Positions 1-9,964 are shown, counted from the stretch's first letter. The stretch: DNA of 64,000 nt from an uncultured Candidatus Saccharibacteria bacterium (GCA_964387275.1 CAYLVW010000001.1:227436-291435), one strand, 5' to 3'. Notes: generated by a model not told the origin, from the sequence alone. Numbers and translations: made by a program.

Positions 1-614
1 TCTCTAATTCCGAACATATACAGAAAAAGGTCGCTAAGATTTACCGTAGATACTCAGAAGTTATACACCCCTTTGCTGGCGATATACCTAATGGAATTTC
101 TTCTGAAAATAATCTTGGAGATTACTACTTGGTGATTACTAGAATAGTTCCTTGGAAAAAAATAGATATTGCAATTGAAGCTTTTAGGTTAATTTCTAGT
201 AAGCTTTACATTGTAGGAGAGGGCGACCGGGGCTATGTTGATCAATTGCTTCATATAGCTCCCAATAATGTTAGTTTCCTTGGTAGGGTAGGGGAGAGTG
301 AAAAATATAAACTACTCAAGCACGCAAAGGCTCTCATAATGACTCAAGAGGAGGATTTTGGTATAAGTGCTATTGAGTCTATGAGTGTTGGTACTCCAGT
401 TATAGCTTTTGGCAGTGGAGGTGCTAAGCATACTGTAGTAAAGGGAATCACTGGCGTTCATTTTGATGAACAAAACCCTCAGTCCCTGCTTAATGCATTG
501 AGTGAGTTAAATAGCTTAGTTATCGATAGAGAGATTTTGGTTAAAGTAGCCAGTAAGTATTCACGTAGAGGATTTTTCGAAAAGCTTAATATTTTAATTT
601 CAAATACGCTATAA
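1..614 (+). CDS. Glycosyltransferase family 1 (GT-B fold), C-terminal portion; the 5' end lies upstream of the window
   Basis: The frame is open from nt 3 with no stop before the first in-track start (TTG at 129). The translation carries the GT1 C-terminal donor-binding signature ...EDFGISAIESMSVGTPVIAFGSGGAKHTVVKGITGVHF... Confidence 0.75.
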   Translation, partial: SNSEHIQKKVAKIYRRYSEVIHPFAGDIPNGISSENNLGDYYLVITRIVPWKKIDIAIEAFRLISSKLYIVGEGDRGYVDQLLHIAPNNVSFLGRVGESEKYKLLKHAKALIMTQEEDFGISAIESMSVGTPVIAFGSGGAKHTVVKGITGVHFDEQNPQSLLNALSELNSLVIDREILVKVASKYSRRGFFEKLNILISNTL

Positions 615-644
615 TAATGTTGCCCGATTTTTAGTTGTGAAACA

Positions 645-1280
645 ATGAATTTATACGATTTTATTAAAAGAATAATTGATATTTTGGGTGCACTTGTGGG
701 TATTATTATTTTTTCTCCTATAATGGCAATGACTACACTTCATATTTTTATTACATCGCCTACTGGGCCCATATTGGCGGATATGAAAAAGAGGATGGGT
801 CGCGGCGGGAAAGAGTTTAGAATGTTTAAGTTTAGATCTATGATACCTAATGCCCAGAGATGGCTTGAAGATCACCCTGAGCTCTATAAAAAGTATCAGG
901 AGAGTGGTTATAAATTAGATCCAGATCCCAGACTTATAAAAGGTGGTAATTTTATAAGGAAAACTAGTATTGACGAGCTTCCTCAGTTTTTTAATATTTT
1001 ATTCGGCGACATGAGTTTAGTAGGTCCTAGAGCCTATTTTAAGTATGAACTTGATGAACAAAGGTCAAGACATCCTGAGACTGCCTCAGATATTGATCTG
1101 GCTCTGACTGTAAAGCCTGGGCTGACAGGTATCTGGCAAACAAGTGGTAGATCAGAGATTGGATTTGTTGAAAGGATAAAAATGGATTCAACCTATGCAA
1201 AACGTAGGGATATACTGTATGATTTACTGATAATTCTCAAAACGCCGTTGGTGGTGTTAAAAAGAAAAGGAGCAATTTAA
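645..1280 (+). CDS. Bacterial sugar transferase (polyprenyl-phosphate hexose-1-phosphate transferase, Bac_transf/WbaP C-domain family)
   Basis: N-terminal TM helix, RMFKFRSM motif, DELPQFFNILFGDMSLVGPRA and GLTGIWQ...SGRSE motifs typical of the PF02397 family. Confidence 0.8.
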   Translation: MNLYDFIKRIIDILGALVGIIIFSPIMAMTTLHIFITSPTGPILADMKKRMGRGGKEFRMFKFRSMIPNAQRWLEDHPELYKKYQESGYKLDPDPRLIKGGNFIRKTSIDELPQFFNILFGDMSLVGPRAYFKYELDEQRSRHPETASDIDLALTVKPGLTGIWQTSGRSEIGFVERIKMDSTYAKRRDILYDLLIILKTPLVVLKRKGAI

Positions 1281-1283
1281 TCT

Positions 1284-3230
1284 ATGTCTGAAGTAAAAAC
1301 TTGGTCACCTAATTCATCAAATTTTAAAACCAAACCTCTTGGTGAGGTTAGTAACCGTAACGTATCCTTACTTGTGAAAATTTTAGTTAGCTTAGGTGTC
1401 TTTGTATTAGTGGTCAGTGGTGTATTAGGATTTTTGTTTTACTCCTTTATTTTTGCCCCAGGGCAGGTTCTTAAATCAAAAGCAGACATATTGCAAAAAG
1501 ATGTTGCAACCGTTCAACAGAATTTAGTAAAAAGAGACTTAGTGTCTGCAGAGTCAAGTATGCAGAAGGTTGAGAAAGATCTAACTGACATTAGAAATTA
1601 TAGAGATGACAAATTTAAGTGGTTAAATAACTTTTCACAAACCAAGGGCTATTATGAAGATTCTGAGTACTTTATAAATTCGGGTTTTTATGCAGTAGAT
1701 GCTGTTAGGGAGGCTATTGTAGTAATTAAGCCTTTTGCAGATGCTGCAGGGCTCAAGGTAGAAAATCCCGATGCTCCTGTTGCTGATGAAGGTCTTATGG
1801 AAGCTTTTTCGAAATGGATATCTATAATGCCTGAAGTTGCCAATAATATTGATGGTGTGGTTGTTAAGTTGGACAAGGTCGGGGATGAGCTTGCTAAGGT
1901 TGACCCTAATAGATATCCAGAAGAATTTAATGGTGCAGAGATCCGATCAAACATTGTAAGAGCTCAAAGAACTCTTTCTCAAGTCTCAGAGTATGCACCT
2001 GACATCAAAAATGCCTTAACTGTGATACCTGGGTTACTTGGTGTTGAAACTCCTGAGAAAAGATATATGGTCGTCATGCAAAATGATAAAGAAATTAGAG
2101 CCACTGGGGGGTTTTGGACTAACTATGCTACTTTCAAGATAAAAAATGGAATGCTATCCTCTGATTTCTCTTCCAAAGATATGTATAGTGTTGATTTAAC
2201 TCTGGATGCAATTGATGCCACTTTTGACTTTCCTGACGCACCTTTATCCTACCAGAAATATCTAAAAGTTGAGAGATGGTATGCAAGGGATGCAAATTAT
2301 TCTCCAGATTTGCCCACTTCTATAGATAAATTTATGTATTCATACAATATGGCTATGAGAATTAATCCAGTTGAAATAAAACCTGTCGATGGGGTTATAA
2401 CAATTGATACACAGGTAGTTAGTGAGCTTCTGGAGGTGACGGGCCCTGTTACTGTGAATGGTTTTACTTATAATAAAGACAATGTTGTTTTAGAGCTTGA
2501 GAAGATCGCAAGTTTAGCATTAAGGGAGCAAGCAAACAGAAAAAGAGTTTTAGGAGATCTAATGGAAGCGATGTTGATAAATGTCTTTGAGTCAGATAAA
2601 AACCTTTGGCCAAAACTTATTGATAAAGGAATAGATTTAGCGATAAGAAAACATATCCAGGGGTTTTCCTACAACCCAGATGCTCAAACTTTGCTTGAGA
2701 AATATAATGTCGGTGGGAGAATTGTAGATCCTGTAGATGGCGATTACTCCTACATTGTAAGCACTAATTTAGGAGGGGATAAGACGAACTGGTTTACTGA
2801 TAAAGATATTGCCCATACTTTGACAAATGAAGGTGGGAAATGGGTTCATACTGTGAAGATTAAATACACCTACGATCAGCCCTCTGAAGACTATGCGCCT
2901 TTTGTTAAGAGGTTTAAGGACTGGGTCAGGGTGTTTGCTCCAAACGGCTCAACTCTAATTGCAGTTGAGGGTAGTGAGGATGGGACTGGGCAAGATATTG
3001 AAAGAAACAAAACTTTCTTTCACGGTTATATTGAGCTAGGACCTGGTGAATCCAAAGAGATAATTTTTAAGTATTCTTTGCCAAGTAATGTAGTAATAGG
3101 TGATACATATAGCTTATATATTCAAAAACAAGGCGGAATAGATACAGAAACCCATTCTGTTACCGTTAATGGGAAAACCCAAACTATAGAGCTTAAAACA
3201 GATCAAAAGGTCACAATAAAACTTAAATAA
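1284..3230 (+). CDS. Membrane-anchored extracytoplasmic protein of unknown function (possibly DUF4012-like), encoded next to sugar-transferase genes
   Basis: 648-aa ORF with a single N-terminal TM segment (LLVKILVSLGVFVLVVSGVLGFLFY), then a large soluble domain. There is no recognisable catalytic motif, and the DUF4012 assignment is a recollection rather than a match I can verify. Confidence 0.55.
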   Translation: MSEVKTWSPNSSNFKTKPLGEVSNRNVSLLVKILVSLGVFVLVVSGVLGFLFYSFIFAPGQVLKSKADILQKDVATVQQNLVKRDLVSAESSMQKVEKDLTDIRNYRDDKFKWLNNFSQTKGYYEDSEYFINSGFYAVDAVREAIVVIKPFADAAGLKVENPDAPVADEGLMEAFSKWISIMPEVANNIDGVVVKLDKVGDELAKVDPNRYPEEFNGAEIRSNIVRAQRTLSQVSEYAPDIKNALTVIPGLLGVETPEKRYMVVMQNDKEIRATGGFWTNYATFKIKNGMLSSDFSSKDMYSVDLTLDAIDATFDFPDAPLSYQKYLKVERWYARDANYSPDLPTSIDKFMYSYNMAMRINPVEIKPVDGVITIDTQVVSELLEVTGPVTVNGFTYNKDNVVLELEKIASLALREQANRKRVLGDLMEAMLINVFESDKNLWPKLIDKGIDLAIRKHIQGFSYNPDAQTLLEKYNVGGRIVDPVDGDYSYIVSTNLGGDKTNWFTDKDIAHTLTNEGGKWVHTVKIKYTYDQPSEDYAPFVKRFKDWVRVFAPNGSTLIAVEGSEDGTGQDIERNKTFFHGYIELGPGESKEIIFKYSLPSNVVIGDTYSLYIQKQGGIDTETHSVTVNGKTQTIELKTDQKVTIKLK

Positions 3231-3239
3231 CTCTACAAC

Positions 3240-3965
3240 ATGAAAACACTAACTACTGAGGCTGTTGTTTTAAAGCACAGCCTCTTTAAGGATAATGATA
3301 AGATCATTACTCTTCTTACTAAAGACTTAGGTAAGGTATCCGCTATTGCTAAGGGTATCAGAAAGTTTAACTCTAAGAGATCCGGTCAGTTAGATATACT
3401 TACTCATATAAAGATAAGTCTAGTTGACTATGGCGGTAGGTATATTGTAACCGAAGTTAAAAGTTTAAATTCCTTTCCAAAAATTAAGAATAATTTTGAT
3501 TTGAGTAAGAAAGCATTTTATCTACTAGAGTTGGTGCACAGATTTTTGGAAGAAGATGACACAAAAAGTGAAATATACAGCTTATTGCTGTCTGCTATTT
3601 TGAAATTAGAAAGTTATGAGAAATTTTCCGGCTTTATAGTTAAACATTTTGAACTCAAACTACTAGCTAGTTTGGGTTATGAGATGTGTCTTGATAGGTG
3701 TGCTAAATGCGGAAAGAAATACGTCGGAGATTGGAAGCAAGTTTCGTTTAATTTTGACTATGGCGGTCTAATATGTGATGAATGTAATGTAGGGGGGTTT
3801 AAAATTCAAATTGATACAGCTAATTTACTTAGCTATCTTTACAGTCCTTCAGAATTTAGTGAAAGACCAAAGAATCTAGTTCGTGAGTCTGACTACGTAG
3901 TAACCGAGTTTATGGAACGTGTCCTCGGAAAACCAGTTAAAAGTCTTAGGGTGTTTAGTGTATAA
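3240..3965 (+). CDS. recO: DNA repair protein RecO
   Basis: N-terminal OB-fold signature (EAVVLKHSLFKDNDKIITLLTKDLGKVSAIAKGIRK) and a C-terminal Cys4 zinc motif (CAKCGKK...LICDECN). Confidence 0.8.
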   Translation: MKTLTTEAVVLKHSLFKDNDKIITLLTKDLGKVSAIAKGIRKFNSKRSGQLDILTHIKISLVDYGGRYIVTEVKSLNSFPKIKNNFDLSKKAFYLLELVHRFLEEDDTKSEIYSLLLSAILKLESYEKFSGFIVKHFELKLLASLGYEMCLDRCAKCGKKYVGDWKQVSFNFDYGGLICDECNVGGFKIQIDTANLLSYLYSPSEFSERPKNLVRESDYVVTEFMERVLGKPVKSLRVFSV

Positions 3966-3973
3966 TCGCAGGT

Positions 3974-5338
3974 ATGGCTGAAGAACTTACGAAATTTCAA
4001 AAAATAGTTTCACTTGCTAAAAGAAGAGGTTTTATATATTTGTCGTCGGAAATTTATGGGGGGTTGGCAAGTGTTTATGATTATGGTCCCATGGGTATAG
4101 AGCTTATGCGAAATATTAAGGATTTATGGTGGAAAAATTTTGTCCACAAGAGGCCTGATATCGAGGGTATGGAGAGCATGATTTTGATGCACCCCACTGT
4201 TTGGAAAGCATCCGGGCATGTAGATGGGTTTAGTGATCCGATGATTGATTGTAAAGAGTGTAGATCAAGATACAGAGCGGATCATTTAATTGAGGAAGCA
4301 ATCCCGGGGGTTAATTGTGATGACTATGATAACCAAGGGCTTACAAAAATCGTTGAAGAGAAGAAGATACTTTGTCCAAACTGTGGAAAAAATAACTGGA
4401 CAGAGGTTAGGAATTTTAATTTGCTATTTGAAACACACATTGGTAGCTTATCTGAAGACAAATCTATTGTTTACTTAAGAGGTGAGACTGCACAAGGTCA
4501 ATTTGTACAATTTAAAAACATATTGGATTCATCAAGGCAAAAGATACCCTTTGGAATTGCTCAGATTGGAAAAGCTTTCAGAAATGAGATCACAAAAGGT
4601 AAGTTTGTATTTAGAACCTTGGAGTTTGAACAAATGGAGATAGAGTATTTCATTAGGGAATCTGATTGGGAGAAGTCTTATGAACAGTGGAGAAAGGACA
4701 TAGAAAATTGGTATTTTAATATTTTGGGAATTGCTAAAGAAAACTTTAAATGGAAGCCACACCATCCAGATAAACTAGCCCACTACGCTAAAAAAGCAGA
4801 AGATTTAGAGTATAAGTTTTCTACTGGCTTTGGAGAAGTCAGTGGTTTGCATTATAGAACAGACTTTGATCTTGGTACCCACCAAAAGTACTCAGGATCT
4901 GATATGTCTGTGCTTGATCAAGAATCCAACACCAAGTTTTTACCTCATGTTATAGAAGCTACCTATGGAATGAATAGAAATTTATATATGCTGCTTGATG
5001 CAGCGTATACAGAAGACGGAGACAGAGTAGTTTTAAAACTGGATAAAAAAGTGGCTCCTTATAAAGCAGCAGTTTTTCCACTTGTAAGAAATAAGGAAGA
5101 GATTGTCACCAAGGCTAAAGAAGTATTTTCAAAGCTTCTTGATGCTGGAATTTCTGTAGATTGGGATGATAGAGGCAATATTGGTAAAAGATATCTATCT
5201 CAGGATGAGATAGGAACTCCAGCTTGTATTACAATAGATTACCAAACATTAGAGGATGGTACTGTGACAGTAAGAGATAGGGATACTACTGAGCAAAAGA
5301 GGGTTCTAATTTCAGACTTACAGAGAATTTTACTTTAA
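3974..5338 (+). CDS. glyQS: Glycine--tRNA ligase, dimeric class II type
   Basis: 454 aa. The N-terminus QKIVSLAKRRGFIYLSSEIYGGLASVYDYGPMG is the characteristic GlyRS start, with class II motifs and a C-terminal anticodon-binding domain. Confidence 0.85.
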   Translation: MAEELTKFQKIVSLAKRRGFIYLSSEIYGGLASVYDYGPMGIELMRNIKDLWWKNFVHKRPDIEGMESMILMHPTVWKASGHVDGFSDPMIDCKECRSRYRADHLIEEAIPGVNCDDYDNQGLTKIVEEKKILCPNCGKNNWTEVRNFNLLFETHIGSLSEDKSIVYLRGETAQGQFVQFKNILDSSRQKIPFGIAQIGKAFRNEITKGKFVFRTLEFEQMEIEYFIRESDWEKSYEQWRKDIENWYFNILGIAKENFKWKPHHPDKLAHYAKKAEDLEYKFSTGFGEVSGLHYRTDFDLGTHQKYSGSDMSVLDQESNTKFLPHVIEATYGMNRNLYMLLDAAYTEDGDRVVLKLDKKVAPYKAAVFPLVRNKEEIVTKAKEVFSKLLDAGISVDWDDRGNIGKRYLSQDEIGTPACITIDYQTLEDGTVTVRDRDTTEQKRVLISDLQRILL

Positions 5339-5490
5339 TATAGATATTGTTTACACACTTTTAATATCCTGGAGTAGTGAGGATTTTTTGGTTTTAAGAT
5401 TTTGTTTTTATTCCAGTATCTTTCTTAATTCAAGTTAATCTTTATTTTTACCTTTGTCTAAGTAGATTCGGGTTTTATTTGTATTGACAG

Positions 5491-5538
5491 TGGATTTCAA
5501 ATGGTGGAAGATGGATATAGTATGGTGATTAATGGTGA
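5491..5538 (+). promoter_or_regulatory. Five phased TGG(T/A) repeats (GTGGAT, ATGGTG, ATGGAT, ATGGTG, ATGGTG; period 10-12 bp) upstream of mraZ; candidate MraZ operator/dcw promoter
   Basis: Read directly from the sequence, 65-110 nt upstream of the mraZ ATG. MraZ proteins in model bacteria bind direct GTGGG/TGGGN-type repeats with a 10-bp period in their own promoter. Confidence 0.45.
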
Positions 5539-5601
5539 AATAATCAAAAATTCTCACCATGCAATTTCCGTAAAAAGAAGCTGCCTTAAAAATTAATTAC
5601 T

Positions 5602-6015
5602 ATGCAATTATTTCTTGGAGAGTACCAACCAAATATCACAGAGGGATTTCGTCTTGCACTGCCTAAAAAGATGAGAGATCAGATACGAGGTGAAGAGATT
5701 GTACTCTCCAGGGGATTTGAAAAGTGCATATCAATATACGACAAAGAAGAATGGGTAAAGGTTTATGAAAAAGAGTCTGCTGGAGGTTCTATAACAGACT
5801 TAAGATCTAGGGATATAAAAAGATATATGTTTGGGTTGGCTATAGAAACTACAATTGATTCTCAAGGAAGGGTTGTACTTCCGGCGACCTTAAGGGATTA
5901 CGCAGAGTTAAATAAAGAAACAACTATTGTCGGTGCTGGGGATCACATTGAAGTTTGGGATAAGGTTAACTGGGAGAAACACCTAGAGTTTATAGCTTCC
6001 AGACTTACTAGTTAG
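5602..6015 (+). CDS. mraZ: Transcriptional regulator MraZ
   Basis: 137 aa with duplicated MraZ/SpoVT-AbrB-type halves, encoded immediately upstream of rsmH in a dcw cluster. Confidence 0.8.
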   Translation: MQLFLGEYQPNITEGFRLALPKKMRDQIRGEEIVLSRGFEKCISIYDKEEWVKVYEKESAGGSITDLRSRDIKRYMFGLAIETTIDSQGRVVLPATLRDYAELNKETTIVGAGDHIEVWDKVNWEKHLEFIASRLTS

Positions 6016-6016
6016 T

Positions 6017-6910
6017 ATGAAGTATCATGAGCCAGTAATGCTTAAGGAAGTGTTGGCGCAGTTAAATTTTGGGGCAAGTGGAGGTGTAAAGATAATTGAT
6101 GCAACACTTGGGGATGGTGGTCACACGATAGAGCTGCTCAAGAGAGGCTATTGTGTACTAGGGTTAGATGTAAGTGATGTGTCATTAAAAAACGCTACTA
6201 CTAGAATAACGGAGCTTGGGTTAGCAGATAGGTTTAGAGCAGTGAAAGGGAACTTTAAAAACATAGAAAAACTTGCAACTGAGAGTGAATTTGCTGGGGT
6301 GAGTGGTATTTTGTTTGATCTTGGTTATAGCTCATCACAACTATTGGAAGATGAGGTTGGATTGTCTTTCTTAAAAGACCAGCCTTTGGACATGAGATTA
6401 AGTAGTGAACTTGGTGTAACAGCATCTGATCTAGTAAATGTTCTTGCAGAGAAAGACCTAGCTAGAATGTTTTATGATTTAAGTGATGAGAAGTATGCAG
6501 GGAGGTTCGCAAGGGCTATTGTTGAGGCTCGTAAATTGAAGAAATTACAGACAACCAAAGATTTGGCTGATTTGATTAAGTCTGTATCTTCTTTAGGCTA
6601 TGAGCATGGCCGTATCCATCCAGCAACTCGTGTCTTCCAGGCTTTGAGGATTGCTGTAAATGGAGAGTTTGAAAATTTAAAGGTTTCACTGCCTCAGGCG
6701 GCGCACTTGTTACTGCCTGGCGCTAGGATGATTGTAATTACCTTTCATTCTAGCGAAGATCGTTTGGTCAAAGAGTTTGGCCGAAGTGCGCCGCCTGAAC
6801 TAAAAATAAAAGAAACCACCAAAAAACCTATTTTACCTACTGAAACTGAGGTATCATTAAATACACGGTCCAGGAGTGCTAAGATGAGAGTTTTTGAGAA
6901 AGTGCTATGA
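6017..6910 (+). CDS. rsmH: 16S rRNA (cytosine1402-N4)-methyltransferase RsmH (MraW)
   Basis: HEPVMLKEVL...IDATLGDGGHT SAM-binding start and conserved dcw position after mraZ. Confidence 0.85.
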   Translation: MKYHEPVMLKEVLAQLNFGASGGVKIIDATLGDGGHTIELLKRGYCVLGLDVSDVSLKNATTRITELGLADRFRAVKGNFKNIEKLATESEFAGVSGILFDLGYSSSQLLEDEVGLSFLKDQPLDMRLSSELGVTASDLVNVLAEKDLARMFYDLSDEKYAGRFARAIVEARKLKKLQTTKDLADLIKSVSSLGYEHGRIHPATRVFQALRIAVNGEFENLKVSLPQAAHLLLPGARMIVITFHSSEDRLVKEFGRSAPPELKIKETTKKPILPTETEVSLNTRSRSAKMRVFEKVL

Positions 6911-7227
6911 CCGAACAAAAAATGAAAACATTAACCAAGTCTAAGTTATTTTTTATTGCTTCCATTGTCTTGTTTGTGGTTTCAATGTTTACACAGATGT
7001 ATATCACCAATATCTTTGCAGTTAAGGGTAATGAGGTAGCAAAGCTGACCACAGCTTCTACAAGTTTAAAAAGGGAAATTTCTGAGCTAACTCTTAAGAA
7101 ATCCCTTCTCTCAACTCTCTCAGTGTTACAGACTCAGGCTAAATCTCAAGGATTTATAGAAATGACCACAGCAATCAATACCCTACATCCTGTTTCAGTC
7201 GCTTCTTTGAATTCTGTGACTTATTAA
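6907..7227 (+). CDS. ftsL: Cell division protein FtsL-like (small bitopic membrane protein with coiled coil)
   Basis: 106 aa with one N-terminal TM helix followed by a heptad-like region. It overlaps the rsmH stop and precedes ftsI, which is the canonical ftsL position. Confidence 0.6.
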   Translation: MTEQKMKTLTKSKLFFIASIVLFVVSMFTQMYITNIFAVKGNEVAKLTTASTSLKREISELTLKKSLLSTLSVLQTQAKSQGFIEMTTAINTLHPVSVASLNSVTY

Positions 7228-7240
7228 ATACAATAAGTAA

Positions 7241-9124
7241 ATGCATCTTATTAGTTTGTTGAAAAAGGATATAAGGCTTAGCTTAGTATTTTTACTATAC
7301 ACAACACTTTCTGCTATTTTCATTTTGAGGTTGTTTTTTATTCAGGTAATAGATCACTCGAAACTTAGTGAGTTGGCACAAAGTCAGTATTGGGCAGAGA
7401 GGTCTATTTCCTCAAAAAGAGGTGACATAAGAACTTCAGACAATTTTCCTCTAGCTACAAGCCAACTAAGTTATTTGCTTTATGCTGAGCCGAAAAATAT
7501 CAAAGATAAAACTGACTATGCCACAAGATTATCTGATCTTATGGCAGAATTATTTGATCCTATTAAGGATCTACCTCTTACGGAGTCTGAAAAGTTAAAG
7601 ACAGAAGCTGAAATACGTGTGGCCAAGCTTGTTTACAAAGATGACACATTTCAAAAGTATAAAAAACTACTTGATAACGATCTATATTGGATAGGATTAG
7701 AGAAGAATCTACCTCCCGAGAAAAAGAAAAAAATAGAGGAGTTAGGTTTGGGATTTATAGGTTTTGAAGAGGAACCACTTAGATACTATCCAGAGAGTAC
7801 TCTTGGTTCTCATATTTTAGGCTTTGTTGCATCTGACGAGAAAGGAAATAAAAAAGGTTACTACGGTATAGAGGGTTTTTTTGATGGAGACCTTAGAGGT
7901 AAACCCGGCAAGGTAGTAGAAGAGAAGGATGCTTTTGGGGAGCCTATACTAATAGGAGGTTATAGAAAAGTTTCTGCTTTGGATGGGAGAGATATAGTAC
8001 TTACTATAGATAGATCAGTTCAGTTTATTACAGAGAGGCGGCTTAAGGAGGGGGTAGAGAAGTATAATGCTCAGTCAGGATCTGTGATAATTATGGATCC
8101 TTATTCTGGGGATGTTATCGCTATGGCTAATTACCCTAACTATAATCCTGGGGATTTTAACAGTGATGAGAAAGTTATTGATGAGCTTTCATCTAGGAAG
8201 AGTTTAGAAAGAAAGAATTTAGCAATATCTGAAAACTATGAGCCGGGGTCAGTAATAAAGGCATTAACCGTAGCAACTGCTTTAGATTTGGGTAAGATAA
8301 CGCCAGAATCAACTTTTGAAGATAACGGACCTGTTTATTATTCAACGTACTATATTAACAACTGGAATTTACAGCACTATGGCACACAAAATATTATCCA
8401 ACTACTTCAGAAATCAAATAATATTGGAGCAGCTTATGTTGGGCACTTAGTTGGTGCCGAAAGTCTTCTTAGCTATTTTAGCAAATTCGGTTTGGGTACT
8501 AGGTCTGGTATTGAGCTTGAGGGGGAGGATGCAGGGCTATTAAAAAATGGTAAGGATATGCCGGATATTGACTTAGCAAATCACTCTTTTGGTCAGGGGA
8601 TGCTTTCTACGCCACTACAGGTTTTAAATGCATTTAATGTCCTTGCAAATGGAGGCAAACTAATGAAACCTAGAATTGTGGCTAAGGTATTGGATGGTGG
8701 TAAGGAGATTGAACTTCCTGTAAAAGAAATAAGGAGAGTTATCAAAGAGGACACCTCAAAAACTATTACAGACATGCTACTTCAAACAGTAGATGGTGGC
8801 GAGGGTAGGTATTTTAATTTGAAGACCTATAAAATCTCAGGCAAAACAGGTACTGCCCAAATCTTTATTGACGGTAAGTACGATGCTAGAAAGACTAATG
8901 CTACTTTTGTAGGATATTTATACACAACTCGGAAATTTTCTATGATAGTTAGGTTAAATACACCCAACGAGAGTGTATATGCTTCTGAGACCGCTGTGCC
9001 ATTGTTTATGCAAATTACTGATGACCTTGTTAAGTATTATGGCATTGCTCCTGACAGATCCTTAGAGGAAGTTGATGCTATGTCAGAAAAACCTGCAGTG
9101 ACAGTTGAGAAACCGATAAATTAG
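7241..9124 (+). CDS. ftsI: Penicillin-binding protein 2 / FtsI-type class B transpeptidase
   Basis: N-terminal TM segment and the transpeptidase motifs SxxK (GSVIK), SxN (SNN) and KTG (SGKTGTA). Confidence 0.85.
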   Translation: MHLISLLKKDIRLSLVFLLYTTLSAIFILRLFFIQVIDHSKLSELAQSQYWAERSISSKRGDIRTSDNFPLATSQLSYLLYAEPKNIKDKTDYATRLSDLMAELFDPIKDLPLTESEKLKTEAEIRVAKLVYKDDTFQKYKKLLDNDLYWIGLEKNLPPEKKKKIEELGLGFIGFEEEPLRYYPESTLGSHILGFVASDEKGNKKGYYGIEGFFDGDLRGKPGKVVEEKDAFGEPILIGGYRKVSALDGRDIVLTIDRSVQFITERRLKEGVEKYNAQSGSVIIMDPYSGDVIAMANYPNYNPGDFNSDEKVIDELSSRKSLERKNLAISENYEPGSVIKALTVATALDLGKITPESTFEDNGPVYYSTYYINNWNLQHYGTQNIIQLLQKSNNIGAAYVGHLVGAESLLSYFSKFGLGTRSGIELEGEDAGLLKNGKDMPDIDLANHSFGQGMLSTPLQVLNAFNVLANGGKLMKPRIVAKVLDGGKEIELPVKEIRRVIKEDTSKTITDMLLQTVDGGEGRYFNLKTYKISGKTGTAQIFIDGKYDARKTNATFVGYLYTTRKFSMIVRLNTPNESVYASETAVPLFMQITDDLVKYYGIAPDRSLEEVDAMSEKPAVTVEKPIN

Positions 9125-9164
9125 CTTCATTATTTTTTCATAAACGGTAGTTAAACTTGTTTTT

Positions 9165-9512
9165 GTGACTGTGTTGAAATCTGTGGTGGGTCATTATTAT
9201 GAGACTATTGTAATTAACCACTTTATTAAAAAAGGATTTTCCTTAATATGCAGGAATATATTCTATAAGAGGTTTGAATTTGATGCTGTACTTAAGAGAT
9301 CTTCAATTACTTTCTTTTTAGAAGTTAGATATAGAGATAGTAATTTGGTTTTAGATCGTAGGGAATATTTTAGTCCTAAAAAGCATTACTTGTTTGCAAC
9401 TCATGTTAAAGATTACGCGGTAAGCCACAAAATTCTCAACTATAGGGCGTTGTTAGTTCTTGTTAATGACGCGAATTCAGTAATGCACTTGCATGTTTTT
9501 AGCATAATCTAA
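9165..9512 (+). CDS. UPF0102/YraN-family putative endonuclease
   Basis: 115 aa. The ...KRFEFDAVLKRSSITFFLEVRYRDS segment matches the YraN core (GEIDLI...FVEVRYRRS). Confidence 0.5.
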   Translation: MTVLKSVVGHYYETIVINHFIKKGFSLICRNIFYKRFEFDAVLKRSSITFFLEVRYRDSNLVLDRREYFSPKKHYLFATHVKDYAVSHKILNYRALLVLVNDANSVMHLHVFSII

Positions 9513-9537
9513 GGTTGTTGCTATCTTTATTGCAATT

Positions 9538-9954
9538 ATGTACCATATAAATATGCCAAAAAGAATCTTAATCGTAGAGGATGATATATCCCTATATAAT
9601 ATGTACGCTGCAGAGTTAACTTTAAAAGGCTACGAGGTTAGCAATGTACCAGATGGTTCGTTGGCCTTTGATGGTATAAAGACAAGAAAACCGGATTTGG
9701 TTTTACTTGATCTCATGTTACCTAAGAAAAATGGTCTTGATATCTTGCAAGAAGTGAAAAGTGACGACGTGTTGAAGTCTACAAGGGTTGTTATGCTTAC
9801 TAATTTTGGAAATGATGAGAATATAAGTAAAGCATTAGAACTTGGGGCCGAAGACTATATTATGAAATACAACATCGTTCCTTCAGAACTTTCCGAGAAA
9901 GTAAGTTCAATCTTAGGCGATGCACCTAATACTGCTGTTAAGTTTTTAAACTAA
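9538..9954 (+). CDS. Stand-alone response regulator receiver domain (CheY-like)
   Basis: ILIVEDD...LVLLDLMLP (phospho-acceptor Asp), conserved Thr (VVMLTN) and Lys (YIMK); there is no output domain. Confidence 0.8.
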   Translation: MYHINMPKRILIVEDDISLYNMYAAELTLKGYEVSNVPDGSLAFDGIKTRKPDLVLLDLMLPKKNGLDILQEVKSDDVLKSTRVVMLTNFGNDENISKALELGAEDYIMKYNIVPSELSEKVSSILGDAPNTAVKFLN

Positions 9955-9964
9955 AAGAGATAAT

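Noticed and set aside
1688-1954. Antisense ORFs inside confident genes (e.g. 1688..1954 -, 4532..4765 -, 8593..8775 -, 11278..11607 -, 14015..14203 -, 25962..26189 -, 38703..39086 -, 39646..39951 -, 40030..40296 -, 60319..60546 +, 60718..61170 +)
   Set aside because: They lie wholly within well-supported CDSs on the opposite strand and lack motifs. They are chance open frames.
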